From positions 9,585 through 73,584 of IMG/VR virus record IMGVR_UViG_3300021962_000077: a stretch of 64,000 nt of DNA. The stretch is one strand, 5' to 3'. Position 1 is the stretch's first letter; every line of letters starts with the position of its first letter. The notes under the pieces are model-generated. The model was not told where the DNA came from. It was given only the letters and a program-made list of their open reading frames with translations, and did not search any database. Shown piece by piece: positions 57,451-64,000 of the stretch. Both the position numbers and the translations under genes were made by a program. The stretch comes from a virus.

Positions 57451-59618
57451 GATGTAACACCAGTATAAATGATATAATTAATTGTTAAAAACGGATTCAT
57501 TACATTTAGTGCTGTTCCTAAACTTCCTGAAACAACTTCTACTCCGCCGCTGTTTCTCAACAATTTTGCCCCGTCTACAGCCCCGCCTAGTCCATCTGTA
57601 AGAACAGCTTCTGGGTCTGTCAACCCGAGCCCGCCAATAGCTCCATACTGTCCACCGGTTGTTCCGTTTAATGTATGTTTGTGTTCAGGGAGATTATTTA
57701 CTGTTAAAGTTTTTGTAGCAGAACCAGAACCAGAACCTAAAGAGCTACCAGCAGTTTCGGTTACTCTACCTGCTGTTCCTCCGCCTGCATTTACCAATAT
57801 CGGTACTGGACTGTCAACGGAATCTTGTGTAGTAATATCTGGTAACGTAGTGTTATCCATATTATCTTTACCAAGGGGAAATCTACCCCTTAAATCTGGT
57901 AATTTAAACGTTCCGGCACCTACTAAATTGCCAGCACCTTTGTAAAGATCACCGATTTTAGAATATAATAAACTATATGTAGCTTTTGATATTTCGCTAC
58001 CGTCACAAAGAAGATACCCACTCGGTGCTGTTGCGCCTGCATAAGGCATAATTGCACCAACTGGCACTAGTGCAACACCGTCAAGAAATTTTTCTTTTGT
58101 TGTTTTCTTTAGACCTACAGTATTCGGACGATAAATTAGTAATTCGTCTGTGGCTAAAACTTTGGTGCTGAATGTAACAGGATCTTCTAATACTGCCTTA
58201 TTAGTGATAAGATTAGAACTTAGTGTGGTTGTGAAAGTCGATACACCTCCGACTGTTTGCCCATTAAAACTAAACCCGTCGGAAGATACATCGCCTTCCA
58301 TGTTAAACGTAGTTGAACTAACTAGTTTGTTTGCTGATCCAGCGATTGTACTACCTGCTAGTGTGCCTGAAAATGTTCCGTTAAAGTTTCCATAAAAATA
58401 ATTTGCATAGGCATTTCTAAACGGAATAGCTTCTGTACCAATATCATATTTTCCAGCTGCTTCTGAACTACCTGGCATTAGGGCAGCGCCGACAATAGGT
58501 GTTCCTTGCCCGTCAATTCTATCAACATACAATACACCATTAACTCGTACATTTTCACCAACTCTTAAAGATTTAGTAATTACTGCTCCGCCGAGTGTAT
58601 TGATACTTCCAGATGTTAAGGTTGTAGCATCTTGTGTACCAGTTATCAATAATCTACTGTCTGACCTAATGTTTCCAGCAACGTCTAATGCTTGTTGCGG
58701 ATCAGTTTTATTAATTCCAACGCACTCAGAACTGTCTACTCTAAAAACAGTGCGTTCACCGTCATTATTTGTAATTTTAAAATCAATACTCGAACCTGAT
58801 GTTTTATTCCATAAAACAGCCTTGCCTTCGTCAACTCTTAATACAAAAGATAAATCGTTACCTATTTGTACTCCATCATTAGTTCTAACGCTAAATCTAA
58901 CTGCACTAGGTGTTTCTTTATCACTGCGTAAAAAATTACTAGCATCAACTGCAACATTACTAACAACTAGAGCATTTGCTTTTTGTGCTGTGCCCCAATA
59001 CTTTATAGGAGCAGACGAATTAATAGCATCAGTTGATGATAAATTAATTCCTTTATTAATTTCTTTAAAACCAGCAATGGTTGTTTTAGGTGTAAATGTT
59101 GTCTTACTTACAATAGCAGTTCTTGTTCCGCCAACCCAAAATGTAATAACACTATTGGCGCTGTCCGATGTATCGGTTATTGTTTCAATTTCAGGTCCCG
59201 TTTTAGCACCTGCACTAAATGCCGGTCCTACTAAAATCCAAGTTGATCCATTATAAAGTTTAATCTGTTGATTAGCGGTGTCCGACCATAAATCGCCATT
59301 GTTAGGATTTGTAGGTGCGCTTGAAGACTTTTTAATTCCGCCGGTAGCCGACCATGTAGAACCGTCCCATACCTTTAACTGATATTCTCCGGCACTGTTA
59401 TCATACCAAAGTTGTCCTTGTACCGGATTTGATGGAGCAGTATTGTTGGCAAAATTTTCCATCAAATGTAGGAAATTTTCAGCTATGTATGACCCATATC
59501 CTGGAAAATTTTTGCCTACAAATGTAACTGCTGTTTCTTGATTTAGTGTTTGATCTTCAACTGTAATTGTCTGTTTTGCAGGGTTGTTAGTTTCAGTAAA
59601 TTTAACTTGATAACTCAT
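57447..59618 (-). CDS. tail fibre protein with tail-collar domain
   Basis: PVGAIMPYAG..APSGYLLCDG, FKLPDLRGRFPLG, P.LTINYII. Confidence 0.8.
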   Translation of the reverse strand: MSYQVKFTETNNPAKQTITVEDQTLNQETAVTFVGKNFPGYGSYIAENFLHLMENFANNTAPSNPVQGQLWYDNSAGEYQLKVWDGSTWSATGGIKKSSSAPTNPNNGDLWSDTANQQIKLYNGSTWILVGPAFSAGAKTGPEIETITDTSDSANSVITFWVGGTRTAIVSKTTFTPKTTIAGFKEINKGINLSSTDAINSSAPIKYWGTAQKANALVVSNVAVDASNFLRSDKETPSAVRFSVRTNDGVQIGNDLSFVLRVDEGKAVLWNKTSGSSIDFKITNNDGERTVFRVDSSECVGINKTDPQQALDVAGNIRSDSRLLITGTQDATTLTSGSINTLGGAVITKSLRVGENVRVNGVLYVDRIDGQGTPIVGAALMPGSSEAAGKYDIGTEAIPFRNAYANYFYGNFNGTFSGTLAGSTIAGSANKLVSSTTFNMEGDVSSDGFSFNGQTVGGVSTFTTTLSSNLITNKAVLEDPVTFSTKVLATDELLIYRPNTVGLKKTTKEKFLDGVALVPVGAIMPYAGATAPSGYLLCDGSEISKATYSLLYSKIGDLYKGAGNLVGAGTFKLPDLRGRFPLGKDNMDNTTLPDITTQDSVDSPVPILVNAGGGTAGRVTETAGSSLGSGSGSATKTLTVNNLPEHKHTLNGTTGGQYGAIGGLGLTDPEAVLTDGLGGAVDGAKLLRNSGGVEVVSGSLGTALNVMNPFLTINYIIYTGVTS

Positions 59619-59619
59619 A

Positions 59620-60228
59620 TTATACTCCTGCTAGACCAGTTAAAGTCTGTATACGTACAGTATAATCTATTTGTATTAGTCTGTTTAAACTTTTTTGTAC
59701 AGGATGGAATATTACGTGAGTCAGCAATAAACTTTGACCTGTAGAGCTATATGATCTTAATCCTAGCTCATCGAATACGTAACTGGATCCATTATCTGTA
59801 GTATTATCAAATGCTTGTTGATCACTAGGTTCGCCATAATCTAAAAGACAAGTTACAAAAATATCTGTATAATTTGTACCAGTAACGTGTCTAGATTCGA
59901 CAAAATTTCTAGTTGGGTCTATATTAGTACTAGACCTATCGTCAACTACTTTATAATAGGTTCTGTTATATAAGCTAGAGTTAGTGCCAGTAGTATTTGT
60001 ACTCAGATATGTAATAATACCTGTAGGATCTACCGCAGTTCCCCCGTTACCAAAATCCATTTGATATATAAATCCTTGCCCAGAATTAGCTAAACTTTCT
60101 GCTAGAGCAACACTCATATTTTCGTAATGTATAGCATTACGCTTGTTGACAAAAACTTCATCAGTAGAAGGATCCCATATTTTAATATGACCTTCTAAAT
60201 GAACTCCGGAAAAATCCTTTTTTTGCAT
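59620..60228 (-). CDS. putative baseplate/tail protein
   Basis: FDELGL...LTHVIFHPVQKS; structural operon context. Confidence 0.55.
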   Translation of the reverse strand: MQKKDFSGVHLEGHIKIWDPSTDEVFVNKRNAIHYENMSVALAESLANSGQGFIYQMDFGNGGTAVDPTGIITYLSTNTTGTNSSLYNRTYYKVVDDRSSTNIDPTRNFVESRHVTGTNYTDIFVTCLLDYGEPSDQQAFDNTTDNGSSYVFDELGLRSYSSTGQSLLLTHVIFHPVQKSLNRLIQIDYTVRIQTLTGLAGV

Positions 60229-60274
60229 TTTAAAACTCTCTTAATGTTATATTTATCTATCCAGTTATCTGGTA

Positions 60275-63200
60275 TTATTTGTCTCGTATGAACTTAGCAA
60301 TAGGGTTATTAGAATGAGCTAAACTAGCACCTAAATCTGCCCAGAATGTGCCTGTGCGTTTAACTAAAGTAATCTTAGTTCCTTCTGTTAGCCTGTTTGT
60401 TAAACGAACTGCACTATTTTCGCCGTCTACACTAAATTCAGCCTCAAACCGCACATCTCCTTCAGGACTTTCATAATGATTTCTCACATTATGTACTTGA
60501 TAAGGAATTTTGCTTAGCCTAATATGACCTGTAAAATAATCCCAATAATCAATATCATCTATAAAAGAAGTGCTGCTAACGTGTGCTGTATTACATTTGT
60601 AAGTATAGCTACCTACAACTACAATATCTCCAACATTATAACTTAATTTGGTTATCCATTCGCCTTCTATATCATATCCGCCAACAAACATTTCTATATC
60701 GTTTGCTTGGCCGTAGGTGCTAGGAACACTTTGATATGTGATTAAATTTACAGTTCCAGTGCCAATCGTGCCTTTCATCCATTGAGCAACACCGTCGCCG
60801 CGGCCGATATCTGTGGCTGTAAATACTGTTCCGACGGTTGGCTGTCCTGTGATTGTAGTAGTTGCAACTGTTTGATTAAAATTAACAGTATATGTTCCTT
60901 CACCACCAGTACCGGATACAAAATCTACAATATATGTCCCTTGAACAATTCCTTCTCCTGTAATATAAGTACCAACTGATAATTCACCACTAGTAACAGT
61001 ATCAACTGTAAGAGTAAGGTTAGCTATTGATCCTTCTACTACTGCTGTGCTGGCTGCGCCAACATCTACCCAATTTGTAAGACCAATTGTTAAAATTTTA
61101 TATTGATTTCCTGCCACAAAATTGCCTGCAGGAATATCACTCATAGTGGCTTTAAATTTAACACCTACTTCATTTAACGAAGCACCTATTATTCTAAAAT
61201 CACTTGTTCCTAATTTTGTAATGACATAGTAATTGCCTACTTCAACTTCTTGTGCAGTTTTAGTAACCAATGTGGTTTTTCTATACCAAGAATTATTCAA
61301 TCCTACTGTTGTAGTATCTAATGTTGGAGTAACTCTAAAAGAGTAAACTAGATCTGATCCTGTGTTTGTCCACTTAGTAGAATCAAATGATGCTTCACTA
61401 GTATGAACCGTAGAACATACATACCTGTATCCATTGTAACTAACAACATCATCTACTTGATAATTTAAATTAGACTTCCATGTTGCTAGAGCAGTGTACT
61501 GTTCAGTATAAGTTATATCCTTGTATGGAATAGTTTCAGTTTTGCCAATATCTTGGACTAGTGTTCCGGCTAGATACACTTCTCTAACTCCTGTACCTAA
61601 TGTTCCTCTTCTAAGTTGACTTAGAGTATTTCCTTCTCGCTTATAGTATTCAATACGTTCGCCAAAAATTTCAATTATACCCGGCAATCTCTTTGAAGGG
61701 TTCGGATTTGATAGTACTGATCCTCTATCCACTGTTATAGTCATATCATTCCAATGAAGATCAGCTGCTAGTGTAGTTTGTTTAGACTCTAACAGTCTCT
61801 TATAATGGACACGATTTAACATATCTTTGAACTGCATGAAAGCAAAACTATCAATAACAATATTATTACTAAAGGTCATTATAGCAAATTTATCGTCAGT
61901 TATAGGATCTTCATTTAGATAAACAGACGTTAAATCTAAATTTAATTTATAATCAATATTAGGACGTAGCAATTTACCGTTTTTAACTAACCATACATAA
62001 CTACTGTCAATTACTGGACGGGGTAATTTAATATTATTCCCGTATATACTTAGATAATCAAAAATTTCTAAATCTTCAGGTTGAAATGTTACATTGGAAC
62101 TTACTGTTCTAGATGTTTGTTTTATATCTAAAATTTCATGTTTATAGAAACTGACAACGCTAATAGTTTGTCCAGCATCAGGCACAGTATCAAAAAGAAT
62201 AAGATTACCATCACAGGTGTAACTATTTTCATAAACTACACTAATAGTCAACTGTTTACCAATATTAGCAGAACGAACAGACTTTTTAAGAGTAACTGAA
62301 ACACCTGCTAAAGAAACAGAATATTCAGTTAATTTATCTAGTTCGACCCCATCAATGTAAGCAGTTACTCTAGTAACTGTAACACTAAATGGTTGTACTT
62401 TAGATTTTGGAATTTTGTAAGTTACTTTTGTATCAATGGTAAAATATTCATTGATAGGCGGTAGGTATACAGTTCCTGTATCAGATATAACTAGCATATT
62501 AGAAGCTAACGGAGAAGATGTTCCAACCCTGTTGACTAATTGATATGACTGGACAATACCGTCTGTTTCAAACGTTTCATTTTGCATTACGCTGTATGAT
62601 TGTTCGCTGCTTGATGTAATAACATAATTTAAAACAGATCCGGCAGTTAGATTTAATCCAAATCTAATACCTACTACATTAGCAGATTCATAACTGCTAT
62701 TAGTTTTAAATAACACATAATCTAACACTTGTCCATCTACATAAACTAATGATGTAAGAGTGTTTGACCACGGTGCTTTTGTTATAAATTCACTCGTTGA
62801 GCCGTCTGCTACAAAGGAATCAATATCTAATAAGTTAGATCCGTTAAAACCTGCACTAATGATGCTTATCGTTTCTCCGCCAATCATACCAATTGCATCA
62901 GCATCTAAAACCACTGTCTTGTTAGGATAGTCTACTGTATAATCTACGTTAGATACCAGCACTCTATCAGGAGTAGATAGTTTTACAATTACAGCATCTG
63001 GACTGTTTGGTGTTTGCCCAATATTGTATACTGTTCTAATTCCATCATACACATAATTTTTAACTAGCATTTTAGCAGAACCATCAGTTGGTCTAGTATA
63101 AACTTTAACTGCAAGGGCATCTGTTACTTGTCCTGGTACAAACTCTTCTGGTCCTTCGCTATTTGTTTGAGATATAAGATCATCACCGTCGACAATTATA

Positions 63201-64000
63201 TCATCTGCTCTGATACCAGTAGCAGTGCTATAGGCTAAATCGCCGCCTACTAGCTCAGTATCAAAATCATTTTCTTGAGGTCGAATAGATCCATCACTGT
63301 ATATTTTTCTAAAAATAAAGTTATCTCCAGAATGTACAGTTAGAGTATTTGGTATACCAATAGACTTAGTTTCTCCGTCGCCGATAAATGTCTGCATTAC
63401 AACATCTGGTTTAGTAAAAATAACTTGACCTACATAAAACGGATCATCTATTCTTACATAGCGTGTATTGTTCACTGCTCTATAATAAACATTAATTTGT
63501 TCATCTTGTTCAGGAGTGTACGGAAGTTCTACCGGATAAGTTTTATTTTTTACTGTCATAGAACCTGTATCATCTGTCACAGTTACAAGAGATCCTGCTA
63601 TTTCATTGCTGACAGTTATTGAAGAAACTGCTGTCACTATACCGTTTGCAAGAAACTCTGTTTCAGATGAAAGTCCTGGACTTGTGTAAGTAAACTCATC
63701 ACTGTCAATTACTGTTATAATTGCATTGTTTTCAGTGTACTCATTATGTCCTACTCCTGGATTAATATTAACTTTTGTCCCTGTGACAAGAGTATGAGGT
63801 GTTTTAGTTTTAACTGTTACTGTTGGAACTGATGCTGACACAAATCCCGACGGTTCAATTATTGTATCCCCTATGCCAAAAATACCAGGATCTTCAGGAT
63901 AAGCTAGACAAATAGTTGATAAAGTTCTAACAGTTCCTACATATTCTCCGTTGTAGTTTTCATTTCCGTTGCCGCTGACTAAAAATTTATATCCTTGAGC
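60275..64000 (-). CDS. very large virion/baseplate protein, 5' partial
   Basis: Frame open to the right edge; repeated GDG/DY beta modules, PEEFVPG, RRGTLGT, short W...Y..GD.V.Y modules. Confidence 0.7.
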   Translation of the reverse strand, partial: AQGYKFLVSGNGNENYNGEYVGTVRTLSTICLAYPEDPGIFGIGDTIIEPSGFVSASVPTVTVKTKTPHTLVTGTKVNINPGVGHNEYTENNAIITVIDSDEFTYTSPGLSSETEFLANGIVTAVSSITVSNEIAGSLVTVTDDTGSMTVKNKTYPVELPYTPEQDEQINVYYRAVNNTRYVRIDDPFYVGQVIFTKPDVVMQTFIGDGETKSIGIPNTLTVHSGDNFIFRKIYSDGSIRPQENDFDTELVGGDLAYSTATGIRADDIIVDGDDLISQTNSEGPEEFVPGQVTDALAVKVYTRPTDGSAKMLVKNYVYDGIRTVYNIGQTPNSPDAVIVKLSTPDRVLVSNVDYTVDYPNKTVVLDADAIGMIGGETISIISAGFNGSNLLDIDSFVADGSTSEFITKAPWSNTLTSLVYVDGQVLDYVLFKTNSSYESANVVGIRFGLNLTAGSVLNYVITSSSEQSYSVMQNETFETDGIVQSYQLVNRVGTSSPLASNMLVISDTGTVYLPPINEYFTIDTKVTYKIPKSKVQPFSVTVTRVTAYIDGVELDKLTEYSVSLAGVSVTLKKSVRSANIGKQLTISVVYENSYTCDGNLILFDTVPDAGQTISVVSFYKHEILDIKQTSRTVSSNVTFQPEDLEIFDYLSIYGNNIKLPRPVIDSSYVWLVKNGKLLRPNIDYKLNLDLTSVYLNEDPITDDKFAIMTFSNNIVIDSFAFMQFKDMLNRVHYKRLLESKQTTLAADLHWNDMTITVDRGSVLSNPNPSKRLPGIIEIFGERIEYYKREGNTLSQLRRGTLGTGVREVYLAGTLVQDIGKTETIPYKDITYTEQYTALATWKSNLNYQVDDVVSYNGYRYVCSTVHTSEASFDSTKWTNTGSDLVYSFRVTPTLDTTTVGLNNSWYRKTTLVTKTAQEVEVGNYYVITKLGTSDFRIIGASLNEVGVKFKATMSDIPAGNFVAGNQYKILTIGLTNWVDVGAASTAVVEGSIANLTLTVDTVTSGELSVGTYITGEGIVQGTYIVDFVSGTGGEGTYTVNFNQTVATTTITGQPTVGTVFTATDIGRGDGVAQWMKGTIGTGTVNLITYQSVPSTYGQANDIEMFVGGYDIEGEWITKLSYNVGDIVVVGSYTYKCNTAHVSSTSFIDDIDYWDYFTGHIRLSKIPYQVHNVRNHYESPEGDVRFEAEFSVDGENSAVRLTNRLTEGTKITLVKRTGTFWADLGASLAHSNNPIAKFIRDK

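Noticed and set aside
58600-59256. 218 aa plus-strand ORF and many other antisense ORFs (e.g. 9226-9705, 13845-14309, 50311-50784)
   Set aside because: They shadow well-supported genes on the opposite strand and have no motifs or RBS.
1-64000. Stop-codon reassignment
   Set aside because: Genes are full length in the standard code, and TAA, TGA and TAG all end coherent ORFs.
53782-64000. Diversity-generating retroelement or invertible cassette at the fibre genes
   Set aside because: No reverse transcriptase, recombinase or near-identical TR/VR nucleotide repeat seen; paralog similarity is at the protein level only.

Overview
This AT-rich, gene-dense 64 kb segment comes from a large T4-like (jumbo-type) myovirus. 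It uses the standard genetic code and probably infects a Gram-negative host, since it encodes a spanin pair. From left to right it holds: a DnaE-like fragment, GroES, a clamp loader, dCMP deaminase and PhoH; a lysis cassette (GH19 endolysin, i/o-spanins, holin); DnaJ and ClpA; a late-promoter block of probable head-packaged proteins sharing an N-terminal M-K/R-I/L-x-E/D-L/I-x(0-2)-E leader, including three nucleotidyl-transfer folds in tandem and a peptidase-deaminase fusion; Dps; family B DNA polymerase, UDP-sugar dehydrogenase and a sliding clamp; a 7-deazaguanine cluster (TGT/DpdA-like, QueD-like, FolE, QueE, no QueC in the window) interleaved with a GT-B glycosyltransferase, cupin, PRTase and HIT hydrolase; RNase H, a MoxR/VWA pair and ThyX. 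The minus strand then carries baseplate and tail-fibre genes followed by four glycosyltransferase-like genes. The best novelty candidates are a possibly glycosylated deazaguanine DNA modification, the capsid-targeted enzyme cargo, virion glycosylation, and several structured RNA leaders (phoH, the DNA polymerase operator, the post-dps element). I recognised no tRNA, rRNA, CRISPR array or mobile element. All calls come from reading motifs by eye; no database searches were run.
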